Source: Callorhinchus milii (Eukaryota). From it: a stretch of DNA of 64,000 nt. Each line of letters starts with the position of its first letter. Positions within the stretch are counted from its first letter, which is position 1. Below, piece after piece: positions 1 through 11,519 of the stretch. Position numbers and translations under genes: made by a program. Location of the stretch: positions 122,080,001 to 122,144,000 of the forward strand of contig NW_024704742.1 of assembly GCF_018977255.1 (NCBI RefSeq), written 5' to 3'. The notes under the pieces were generated by a model. It did no database searches and was not told the origin of the DNA. It worked only from the letters and a program-made list of their open reading frames with translations.

Positions 1-291
1 TGCATTACTACACCAGCACATTGCATCAACAGGCCACTGCTGAAAATGGCCTTTCTATTTCAAAAAAAATCCAAAGCTTTCAGGAACTTTCATCTCTGGC
101 ATGAAGCCATGTGTTAAAATGTGACTCCTGCAATTTTGAATGAGATCGGAGAAATCTGGCTGGATGTTAAAACAACATTAGTTTAATTCTCCAACTAACA
201 TTTGCTTTGCAACTGGCTATCTGAGTCCTTGATGGCAAACATTCGAAAATGACATTGTTGACCCAATATTAACCTTCCCGAAAAAAATACT

Positions 292-457
292 GGTGAGAAT
301 TTCCACCTTGGTCTGACTTCCTTGGCAAATTCCGAAAACAATAATTTTGAAGCTGGTTTTCTCTATATTTCTTTTTAAAACTACAAGAAACCGACTCGAA
401 GGTTAAGACTGAATTCCAACAATTTGCCAAGTCTAGACCAGAGTGGAATTTCTCCCC
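292..457. mobile_element. Degenerate fold-back (MITE-like) element with long terminal inverted repeats
   Basis: Left arm ggtgagaatttccaccttggtctgacttccttggcaaatt is the imperfect reverse complement of right arm aatttgccaagtctagaccagagtggaatttctcccc. Confidence 0.55.
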
Positions 458-2819
458 ATACATTTCTGAAGAAGCTGCTTCTAGTTCACTTGGGTTAAAT
501 GGGTTTGGCGTACCTGTTCATATCTTACAATTGGGACATGTTCAGAATTCTTTGGATGCTTTGGGCCATGTTGGTATTTTCAGTACTTTGTCTCAGAATG
601 GAATAGGTCTAAAGTCAGCCAACAGTAGATATTTAATGCTGAAGAATCCATCATTGTAAACTGAAATAAAAACTCTCGGAATGTTTTTTACAAAGATAAT
701 GGGAGAATTTCCTGCAGCATTAAACCAGATTTCCTACATGATGCAGGCAACTTAAAATCTGAATCCACGTTCACAATATCAGGAAGTGAAATGATACTGA
801 ATTTAAACATGTCATCTTTTAGATTCAAATTCAAGGTATTTCATGAAAGCTTTTCAATGTATGGGTGTTAACAAAGAAACCAAATTAAACCTTTGATACT
901 TATGATCATTACTCAAACTCCAGAATGTATGTTAATCAATTACATTTTCAGCACCTTAATGTGTAGTTATAGGTAACCAATTTTACAGCTTTTCATTCAT
1001 TGGGATTGCTTAAGGTTTGAGTATTGAAGTTGGTAAGGGGATATAGAAATACATATTTGTGTTGTGTTTACATTGGATGCTTGGCCTATATCGCTGCCAT
1101 TTTGACAATGATTTATCACCAGATGTGTGTTACTGTATAAATAGGGTCTCAGCACAAATTGTGCTAGGGCTGTATGTCAAAAGGTGGCTATAGATTTCTT
1201 CAGGAATGAAAGTTCCTGAAACCTGTGCAATATAAATGTGACAGGTGTGAATTACGATTGGTTCACTTTCCAGAGGTCCACCTGAAATTCCTGGAAATTG
1301 TGAATGGATTTAAAAAAAATTTAAATGTTGTTAAGAATTAGTTGTTTGACTTTTCTGTCTGTGATTGAAGGATATAGAGCAGTCAGATTAAACCTGAGTT
1401 TAAACTTAAGCACCCTGAGATGCTACCCTGTGCGGAGGACGGTATATAAGTGCAAGTTGTTGTTGTTGCAAGTTGTTTTAACTTGCCTGAAACAATTATG
1501 TCTGTTCGTTTAACGTGTTTGAATTTCATACTAACAGTCAGAAATTTCTGCTGTACCGTTAACTTGTCCTTAGATCTTAATTCTCTGCCTCAAATCGGAG
1601 TGCCAACTACCTGAATATTGAACGATAATTAAAATGTGCTGTTCCTGACGAAAGAAAAGATGGTAGAGAGCAGAGGTTTGACAGATCTACTTATTTCAAG
1701 TTCAGTTGACCGGAGTCTATATCTTTGCATCCTGATACTGATATCCTGTCTTTGAGCTTTTCTGAATACACTGAAAACATTTCTCACAGACTCTAATGAA
1801 AAGAGCCACAAAGCAGAATAAACATACACCCATCTCTCAAAGCTCCTAAGTCAAAACAGCTCACTTCATTAGTAAATCATTTTAATTCATTACCACACAA
1901 GTACTAATTCATAAATCTGCTAGACTGCCACCTCAGCGGCTCCAATCACTGAGGTGGAGCTTGTAATGTGACCCTCGATGCTGCACTATTGGCAGACATG
2001 TGAGTGGGAGCCTGGGGCAGTTGCAGTGCTTTCACCACTCTGGTTTTCATTACTGATCACTGGTTAGTAAGCATTATTTAATCTGGTACCGCCTTCTAAA
2101 ATCAATGTTGATTGTGAGGGAGAATAAGCACTCACAGAGCCTGAAGGACCGTGCGTCATATTTGTCACAGTAACATCAACCCCAGGTCACACAATCACAT
2201 GTTCTGCTGCGATTCATAAGTCACTTAAGGTAGAGAAGGTAAACCCAGAAAAAATACTTTCAAATACACAAAGGCAGCAGGTCAGGAAAGTACAGTTTCA
2301 GTGTTGTGAAGTACAAACTCAGGGCAGATACTGGGAAGTATTTATTTTTACAGAAGATAACCAGTAGCTTGAAGAAGGTACCAAGAAAGGTACCCAGGAC
2401 AATAGACTAATTTAAGAACTGACTTGATGCTGTACTGGCAGGACAATAGGATTGGGTGAAATCAAAGGCTTAATTCATCTGCACCTCTCTTGAGATCCTG
2501 TTACCATGACTATATGATGAAATTGTAAATAATCTTGTTATCTTCTATTATATATACCAATAAAACGACAATGTGTGTCTGCGCATCAAGAAGGATCTCA
2601 ATAACTGATTGACATAGAGACTTGATTTATACCTCATCGGAAAGGTCTTGCATCTGGGTACATGGGTACATTTGTTTTTGGGTATCTCCTATAGTTCATG
2701 AGTTATTTTCAGTTGTGTATTTTCTGCAGCAGTTATACTTGCATTTAAAGTGGCAAAAGTGGCAAAAGAGTCAAAGTGGCGCTGTGGCGTTGTGCGTCAT
2801 AGAGCATGTACGTATGTAG

Positions 2820-3223
2820 CAACAACAACAAGATTATATTTGTATAGCGCCTTTCACGTCAGGAGGACGTCCCAAGGCGCTGGACAGAGTACAGCATTTC
2901 AGACCCGAGCTGAGGTTGGGGGGGAAGCGAGGGGAGGGGAAGGGGTGTGGCCAATGGCATGGGCAAAGAGGAGGGTCTTGAGGCAAGACTGGAAGGAGGG
3001 TAAGGAGGGGGCGAGGTGGAGTGACTGGGGGATGGAATTCCAGAGGTTGGGGGCAGAGTGGCTGAAGGCTCTCTCGCCAATAGTGGGGCAGGTGGTTCGG
3101 GGGACATGGAGCAGGCCAGAGTCGGCTGAGTGGAGGGAATGGGCAGGTTAGTAGGGGGTTAGGAGGTTGCAGAAGTAGGGTGGGGCGAGCCAATAGAGGG
3201 CTTTGTATATGAGGATCAGGACA
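2820..3223 (-). mobile_element. L2-clade LINE 3' fragment (5'-truncated)
   Basis: Reads as (TTG)n tail on the minus strand, preceded by gcgccttgggacgtcctcctgacgtgaaaggcgctat. Homologous to the 3' end of the L2 ORF2 copy at 56225-57087. Confidence 0.85.
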
Positions 3224-3683
3224 TACTACTGGCCACGCCGGCTGACCGTGATACTGTGGCATCCTACGTCACAGAGCACACATGTAGCCAAGCGGTGGGA
3301 ACAAAATAAAGAACACAGACGAAGCTAAGCCGCGGCAACAGCAACAAAATTACATTTTTAAAGTGCCAAGTCCTCCCACTGAGTCCTCCCAAAAGAAGTC
3401 CTCACAGATGAGTATAGATAAAGATAAAATGTCTGTGTGTCAATCTGTATTCCCTATTGGATCCTCTGGCTGCAAGCATAGCCACAATGGGTACAGCTAG
3501 TTGTAAATAAACAAACTCAAAACATTTTGCAAACACGTTTTTGGGATTTGGATATGCTTTAAGAATTGTGTTGGGTTTCCGCAAGTGCCAGACAACCATG
3601 AATAAATCCTGTGGAGCGCTTTTGAGACATCATCCTGATCGTCAACTGCAAGAATTATTAATGTGCTTCTCTTTACCCTACCT

Positions 3684-3953
3684 TTCCAGGCAGGGCGAAG
3701 CCTTGGGCAAGTTTCCTTACTCCACACGCCTAATAATAATCCCTCCAAAACCAAAAACAATAATAAATTGGTCATTTTCAATCTACGACTGTTTGTGGGA
3801 CATTGCTGTGCGCAATTGGCTGCCGCGTTCGCCCACAAATATACAGTCAATTCACTTTATAGTGTGTTCTGTGAAGCGCTTTGGGACGTCCTCCCGACGT
3901 GAAAAGCGCTATATCAAATGCAAGGATTATTATTATTATTATTATTATTATTA
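3684..3953 (+). mobile_element. Young tRNA-Ala/Deu-core SINE, 5'-truncated
   Basis: Near-identical to full copies at 19937 and 59888 from ttccaggcagggcg onward; ends in (TAT)n. Confidence 0.92.
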
Positions 3954-4407
3954 CCTGCCCGTACCCTCCGTTCCTCTGGCTCCGGTCTTCTCCACGTCCC
4001 CCGCCCCAACCGCCCTACTATCGGTGGTCGGGCCTTCAGCCTCTCAGCCCCCAGGCTCTGGAACTCCATCCCCCAGTGCCTTCGCCTTGCTTCCTCCCTT
4101 TCCTCCTTCAAGGCCGGTCTCAAAACCTTTCTCTTTGACCGTGCCTTCAGCTCCCCTCTCGACTCTCTTCCTCCTCCTCGCTCCCTCCCTTCCCTCCCCT
4201 CACCCTGACCATTTCCCCCCTCCTCTCTCCCTCCCTTCCCTCCCCTCACCCTGACCATTTCCCCCCTCCTCTCTCCCTCCCTTCCCTCCCCTCACCCTGA
4301 CCATTTCCCCCCTGCTCGGGTCATGACCCAACTGTGCAGCGCCTTGGGACGTCCTCCTGACGTGAAAGGCGCTCTATAAATGGAATCTTGTTGTTGTTGT
4401 TGTTGTT
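3952..4407 (+). mobile_element. L2-clade LINE 3' end
   Basis: Encodes ARTLRSSGSGLLHVPR...GGRAFSLSAPRLWNSIP...FKAGLKTFLF, the typical L2 ORF2 C-terminus; then C-rich 3'UTR, stem-loop and (TTG)n tail. Confidence 0.9.
4171..4312 (+). repeat. 46-bp pyrimidine-rich tandem repeat x3 inside the L2 3'UTR
   Basis: caccctgaccatttcccc recurs at 4201, 4247 and 4293 (period 46). Confidence 0.9.
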
Positions 4408-5718
4408 TAGTCCTAGTGAAGCACAAAATTTGAACTTGAATCTCCATGGTAAATGACGGTAAATTATCTCACTAAACAATCCACTCTACCCGCATTCAAT
4501 TGAAATGTTGAAAGAAAATAACCATTACTGAAAAACATTTCTTTCTGTAATATATTGACATTCACAATATCTGTGTTACCATTAAATCATTAGATGATAA
4601 TAATAATCCTTCATTTGATGTAGAGCCTTATCCTTATCACATCACTGAGACATCTCAAAGTGCTTCACAGGATTTACTGTAAAGTATGTGAATTTGTAGG
4701 CTATTGTAATTGAATGTAGAGTATTTCCCTACAATTGTAATGCTGAGTTGGGAGCTGCTTTCACTGTGAATGAAGTCAGTGAAGCACTCAGTAGGATCGG
4801 GATCAGAAGTTGGAACAAAATTATCTTTGCATAATACAGAAGCAAGGTCTTGAAGGACTTCATATTCATTATTTCTGCTTTTACTGTATCAGATACTCTA
4901 TTTGACAGTTTGAAAAGGTGTTTGTTTTCAGAGTTTATTGTAATATTATAGTGCTGTCTCAGCAACTGTAAATGTATAGAGGCAAATTGATAGAATCTAT
5001 AGCCCTTGTGGCACCTGGTACTACAATGTGCCATTGATTTGTTGTCTGGATATATTTCATTGAGCCTGCAGTGACAGATAGCTCTACCTTCTAGACAACA
5101 GTGGCCTGCAGTGCACTGACATCAATCCACTGGTGCAACTATTGCGCTAAAGCTTGGAAAAGGGTTGTGATGAACGAGAAGAGAAGAATGCAGAAAGGTT
5201 TAGAGCTCAGCTAATGAAACTGGAACCACCTCTAGCTTGGGTAGAAAGAAGTTTGTGATAAATGCATGCAGTGTTCGGGCCTTCTGGATTTATTTTCTTC
5301 AACGTTTCTTGTCACCCGGTAGCTGGTGATCAAACACTGTATTTGGCAATCCTCACTATTTCCTTTTCAACCTGAAAGTTGGTGATTAAAATTCACTAGT
5401 CATCCAAATAGAAACTCAAAGTGCACCTTACGGGCTGGCAAATGAAATCACATCAAATCTCTGTTTCACCTTTCAGTGGTTCTGTTTTTTTATTCCCTTC
5501 TTTTCTTTGTTCACCTTGAACACTGAAAGGTAAAATGGGGATTTAATATGAATTCATAACGAATCAGCTAATAACCATTTGATTGAACATGGTTCTAACT
5601 TTAAACTCTACATATTCTGGGTGGGTGTATTATGAAATCTGTGCTTAAAACTTGTACTGAATTTCAGATTAGAATAAGCAATGCAATACTGAACTATCTT
5701 TTTTTTCTTTGCTAATGT

Positions 5719-6140
5719 GTGTCAGCCTGGCCCGGTTGGCAGCACTCTCGCCTCTGAATTGGAAGGTCTTGAGTTCAAGTTCTACATCAGGACTTTGAAC
5801 TCTCAGTTTAGTCTGACATTCCAATGCAACACTGGGGGAACACTGCATTGCCAGAGGTGCAGTCCTTTGGATGAGAAGTTAAAATGAGGTCCCAATTGCT
5901 TGTTCTGATGAATGTTAAAAATCTTATGGCACTACTCAAAAAGGGAAGGGATTTCTCCCAATGTCCTGGTCTACAATCACCCAGGAAACAAAATGGTTAT
6001 TTACTTCATGGCTGTGTGGGAGACAATGCTGTGTGCAAATTGGATGTCATGTTTGCCCAGAAAATACTTTACAATAAATTCTTTGAAGCGCCTTGAGATA
6101 TTTTGATGATGTGATAAGACACTGTATGGAATGCAATTTT
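5719..6140 (+). mobile_element. Old tRNA-headed Deu-type SINE (SacSINE1-like)
   Basis: Head gtgtcagcctggcccggttggcagcactctcgcctctg...gagttcaagt with A/B-box-like motifs; core gctgtgtgcaaattggatg; L2-like tail. Confidence 0.75.
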
Positions 6141-6949
6141 TTTAAGGCTTTAGTATATCACACTGAGGGCCTATCACATCTAATTTGTTACAAGTCGCCC
6201 TCAAAAGGATATTCACTCAGCAACAGAAAGTCAGGGGGAAAACAAGGAAATATCTTTAAACAGGCCTGGGGAATAGGATAAGTGCTTTACTGGAGAAGGA
6301 CACATCAAGCCATCAATAAACAAAGGCTGTAAGGCAGGAGTGTGCTACACGGTAAAGAATCAATAAAAAGCTTATTTAAAAGACAAGAGATAAACAGAGG
6401 CACCATTACCAATGTAGCAAATGCCAAGTGAAAGATTAGCAACCACACTGCACTGATGTGACATAAATGTAGTCAAGAATTTAATTCTAAAGTTGCTACA
6501 ATTCTACAGACGTTTGAGATAAGTTACAAATAAAGATAACTGTCTTCACTGTGAAGAATTATAGTCTAATAATAAAATCACATAATTTAAAGGAGAACAA
6601 TTGTCTCCGCTGCAGTTCATTCCTAGAACTGTTATTTCCAGCAGTCAAAATACAGCCATTATCCATTGGGACACAAGTTCTCTTCAGGGAACTCCAGGAT
6701 GATAAATCATGATGCGACCAGCGACACTTACATAGGGTGATATGGCAAGGAAACAGGCCCATTTGGCCTAACTAGTCAGTGCAAGCACTTATAAAGAGAG
6801 AAATTAATATTAAAAATCCAAACTGCGATTAATAATTCATAAACTCACAAGGTAAAGAAAAGATTATCAAATGTGCTTTATACTTGAGCTTCCTTTCCTT
6901 ATGTGCAAGGCAACGCAGGAGGAGGTGGTCTCATACAGAACATGTGTGG

Positions 6950-7230
6950 AAAAGAGAAGGGAGTTTCTCCCGGGAACCTGGTCAACAGATTCTGTTAAAT
7001 AGTATTTAATAGAAATAAAAATTAAATCCTTTCATAAGATCTTTAACTGAACAGGCAGACACGACCTTGCTTTTAATGTCTCATCAGAATAACGGCATCA
7101 CTGACATTGCAGTGATCTCCCGATGATACGTTGGAGTATCAGCCTAACCGATGCAATTGGGGTCAAGGGCTTGAAAGTACAATCTTCTAAGTCAGAGGCA
7201 AAAGTGTTACCAATTGAGGCAAGATGACGC
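6950..7230 (-). mobile_element. Old Deu-type SINE, 5' portion
   Basis: Reverse complement matches the head and middle of the 5719 and 42924 copies. Confidence 0.6.
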
Positions 7231-7569
7231 CTGTCTAGTTCCTTTGAATTCTTCATGTAGGTTGGTCCCAACAGTCGACTTACCTGAATTTCTGGTATAC
7301 AAAATTCTTTTAATATCTCCCTTCTAATTTGCATTATTCGTTCACAGAAACCATGACATATTTCAGGAAGCCTCAAAAGCCTTCAAGATACAGGGTTTCA
7401 ATTTTTTAGAAATGTCGCCGGGGTGGCTGTAAAACATTTTCTTTGTAAGCTATCAAATAAATTCAGCATCCAAATGTTCAGGAATTCTTACACCAAAGTA
7501 TTTATTTTTTTCTTTAGCATTTTGTGTTCCAACATTTGCTTTTGATTGTTTTGTAATTTTTCTCCTCAC

Positions 7570-7855
7570 TGGCATATGGTCTGGCCTCCTCTGAATGGGA
7601 TGAGGTTCCTTGGGTGCTGGTTGTCTTTCAGCACCCTGACCAAATGGCCACAGTCTATGTGTGAGCTTTGAAGTGAGTGTCACTCAACTGTATAGGGCAT
7701 CATAGCAGAACCTAACCTCTCCCCACCCGACTGTACACATCTGCATCCCCGATAGAGGGTATTGTAAAGGGAGCAAGAGAAGAAACTCTGACTGTTTTCC
7801 CTTCCATAACCTTGAGAAAGCCGGGGTTAATTTAGACTCCAACAAACTCAGCAAT
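7570..7855 (-). mobile_element. Old tRNA-derived SINE, second family ('family Y')
   Basis: Shares ggtctggcctcctct...aagtggcca...tgtgtgagc...gggcatcacag...ctggctgttttttccc...aactcagc with copies at 32310, 38765 and 44090. Confidence 0.6.
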
Positions 7856-8879
7856 GACAACAACTTGCATTTATATAGCGTCCTTCATGTGAGGTAGCAT
7901 CTCAAACCAGCTGCAGCTCTATCCACTACTGCAACATCGGAGCTGCCCTTGTTTCCATTTTTAATGTATCTATTGGAAAACTAAATGTTTTAACTAAAAG
8001 TGATAGAGGAAATTGGTAGAATTTGGACATCATTATTATGTTGGAGAGATGTATTCAGTACAAGATCTGAGGTGTCATTAATTTTCATTCCCTTGTAGAA
8101 GCATCAATACCTCCTCCACTCTGAAGTAAATACTTCCTGAAATACAAAATAAAGACAGACTTATTTTAGGTTCAATACAGCTTTATAGTAAGAATGGACA
8201 ATAATAACTTAATGTACTGCTTTAATACGGTATCTTTTGACCTCCAGTAAAGATAAACAATCTGTTTAAATGAACATTTTGGGTTACTTACTAACCTGTT
8301 ACAACATTCCAAGACTTTGAGTGCCACATTCATTCAATTTGGTTAATTTGTGGTTCAGATTGAATAATTGACCACCCATGCAAGTATCTCATCCAACTAT
8401 TTAATAGGGGTTCAATGTTTAACCCTTGCCCCCATTCAACGAGTACCTCCTCCCAACCTAAACATACAACTTGGATCCCATGCATTTAAAAGTCAGCGAT
8501 ATTTAGAGAGTTGCTGTCTATGACTCAGTAAGACAGCTTTCTGTTTTCTCCACTGGATTAACTGGATTAAAATTACATACAAGGGTTTTGACAGTATCTG
8601 AACGGTTAGCACTCTTAATCAGTTGGGACCAATGTATCGGCCTTTCGTTTTACTTTATCTGATTTCTTAAGTACCCAAAGCAAAATATGGGGCATTTTCC
8701 AATGTGAATGTACACTGGCTTACTCTCACATTAATTGCCCCCACCATTACTGTCTTCCAGTCTTGCTTGTGAGGAAGGGACCCAGTTGTTGTTGGTGGTA
8801 TGCTGATTTTATTTCTGTTCCAAATGTGGATTGCTATCAGTCAAAAGAGTAGTCCTGAGACATGGAACTGGCAGCAAAA

Positions 8880-9240
8880 TATAGGCCTGATATATGTTTA
8901 CAAAATATATATTTTTGCCCCCTGAGGGCCCCCTCCCCCAGGGAGTTTCAGGCAGAACATTTAAAAAATTAACTGATTTGTACACTGTAATTTGGGCCAT
9001 GATATCAGCAGTTCTCACACACCCACTTCAGTGATGCTACTGGAATGGCCACAACAACCATTAGGTGGGCTTCTGGGGATCAATACCCTAACAGGTGTCT
9101 CCAGTAAAGTATTTATCAGTGTGTTCTCATTGTCTAACTCCTTGTTATCTGCACTTTTGAAAAAAAATCTGTTCAGGCTCAGTAACTGGATTTCAAACTA
9201 CTTTGTGTACAATGGTGTAATTTATATTCAAGGCTGCTAA
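8880..9240 (+). mobile_element. Possible decayed Penelope-like reverse transcriptase remnant
   Basis: ORF 8992-9240 contains DISSSHTP and NYFVYNGVIYIQG, resembling the Penelope RT motifs DVxSLYTxIP and NYFxFNGxxYxQxxG. No YxDD found. Confidence 0.3.
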
Positions 9241-11386
9241 TCTGATGGAAGAAGTTCAGACACTCTATTTTGGGTGGAATATCAATGGAATATGGATTCA
9301 CCTTCACAATGGGGTCAATTTAGTGGTATTCAATGTATCAGAGATAGACCCCTCTTTCCCCCTTGCATGGTGTTTTAATGTCGATGTCAATGAAGCTGGG
9401 TATGTGGCGTTTGAAGTGTGGATGATGGTTTTCCCTGCTGGATAATAGGATACTGTTTTTTTTATATAAATAAAGAGAACAAGAATAGCAGGTATCGCTC
9501 TATAAACAGAAGGCAAAAGCCACACTCCATGTGTTCAATGTTCAGTGCAATGGATCCACGTTAAGAGACATTGCCACTGAGAAAGGAATAGAAGAGGAGC
9601 TCTGAAATGCCATCCAGTGTGAAGGGCGCTAAATAAATGCAAGTTGTTGTTGTTCATATTCAACACACCAGCCACATTCCACATGGTAAACCGTGGCTAA
9701 ATTGATCCCATGCTTCTGAATTTTTATCCCAATACATCAAAGAAATTTCACAAGACATTGCAGAGTGCATGTAGCATGAACACCATCTCCTCCACTTAAC
9801 GGTTCATCAAATATAAATGTTATAGAGAAATTTTTTCTCACATTATGTAATCTTGGGTTGAAGAAAGGACCTGCTTGCGTGTCTGAGAGTAACATTACTT
9901 GTTTTGAATACTTTCTAAATGTTTTTGCAGTTCATAGTCTTATTCTCGCTTCTAAATTTGAACCTTCTGATCATTCAATGACTTGTGTTACCAGTGTGAG
10001 TATTGCACTGGGAGATTTCCCTAATTCAAAAATTCAAACCATATTGTAACTATACAGTGTTCTCTCTACTCAGGCCTCAGCTGGAGTATAACAGAGAGCA
10101 ACTAAGCTGTAGGGTTTTCTTCACTCCAACTTCTCTAGTAAAATATAAATCAGCCTTTTTACCAAGTTAAGTCCGTTCTTATTGAACCCTACAAAAAACA
10201 CAGTCACTACACTTTACCATAAATCCTGTGAAACACCACTTCCTGATATGAAAAATGCTGTATCAAATGCATTTTTAATAATAACCCACCAAGCGGTATG
10301 CTAGACTCTTTTTTCACAAAAAACTGTATAAAAATAGATAATCTATTCTGCACTTAACAAGAATGCATGCTTCTCAAATGGCAGAAAAAGAGGTTTTCTC
10401 CTCAGATTTATTTTATCATACTGAAATTAAACGATTTGAAAACATCAAGACAAGTGCTCCAGCAAAATCTGGTTACGTTCACTTGAAGAATCTGGTCCCT
10501 TTGCCATGACTGTGCTATCAGGGAGAAATTTATATGAGTTTTATTTTTATTTGGGGGCAGCGGCCATTTATCTGATGGGCTTTTAGTCTGCATTTACTCA
10601 CTCAGTATGCTTCCAAAAGAGACAGAATATCTCAGGGCACAATTTTTCTCACTGAATTAGAACTTCAGAAAATACTAAAAGGAAGTGTGTTCTGTCTTGA
10701 ATTGCTAGCTATGAGTGAGCACAAGGCTTTATTAGATTTAAATGAGAATAAGCTGCAATGGTAATGTTGCTGAAGGCTGGGAAAGCTCAAGATACTGAAC
10801 TGGGATCAGTTAGAATGAAGAAGACTTAATTCTCTAACATTTCTGGTGAGGGTGATGAATGCGATCCTCAGGATCAAGTGCTGCATTGTTATTTTTTGCC
10901 ATTTTAACAATGTATTGTAGCATTTTAGTCATACTTTGTAATGTCTTCATTCATGTGGAACATAATTCCTGGGACTCCAGTGCGAGAGAAATTTTACAGC
11001 ATGGAATACAATTGCTTGTTGCCATTGGTGTATGGAGGAAAAACAGCAACGAATTGTATTTATATCATGCCCTTTACATGGGGTACCATCTCGTAACACT
11101 TAAAAGCAGGCTTGTTGGACTGAATGCTCTTGCCATTTTATGCTTTGAATATATATTCTTATATTTGCCTACAGATACAGTCAGTGCACTAAACATTAAA
11201 TTCTCTGAATTTCTTTGAGATGTCCCCTCAAGTCAAGTGCAGGGACAATTATTAATAAAAATATATTTAAATGTAAATTACTTCCTGAAGAAGTGAAATG
11301 TCTTTGCAGTATTTCTTATTTTTTTATAAAACTAATATTAAAGATTTGGGGGACAAAATTTCTCTCAGGATTTTCTCTTATTAACA

Positions 11387-11519
11387 TAGAATTTCAGAGC
11401 ATCAAATATTTGGCAAATTTGATAATTCAACTCTACTTAAAACAAACCTACATAAAATTAGCTTCAAAATTAAGGCTATATTTAAGAATTTGCCAAATTC
11501 TGAATACTCTGAAGTTCTA
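11387..11519. mobile_element. Degenerate fold-back element, same family as 292-457
   Basis: Inverted arms tagaatttcagagcatcaaatatttggcaaatt and aatttgccaaattctgaatactctgaagttcta. Confidence 0.55.

Noticed and set aside
3541..4254. 237-aa ORF, the longest in the window
   Set aside because: Read-through of the SINE, (TAT)n tail (poly-Tyr), off-frame L2 and C-rich repeat. The same SINE peptide appears at 20017, 32644, 54049 and 55082.
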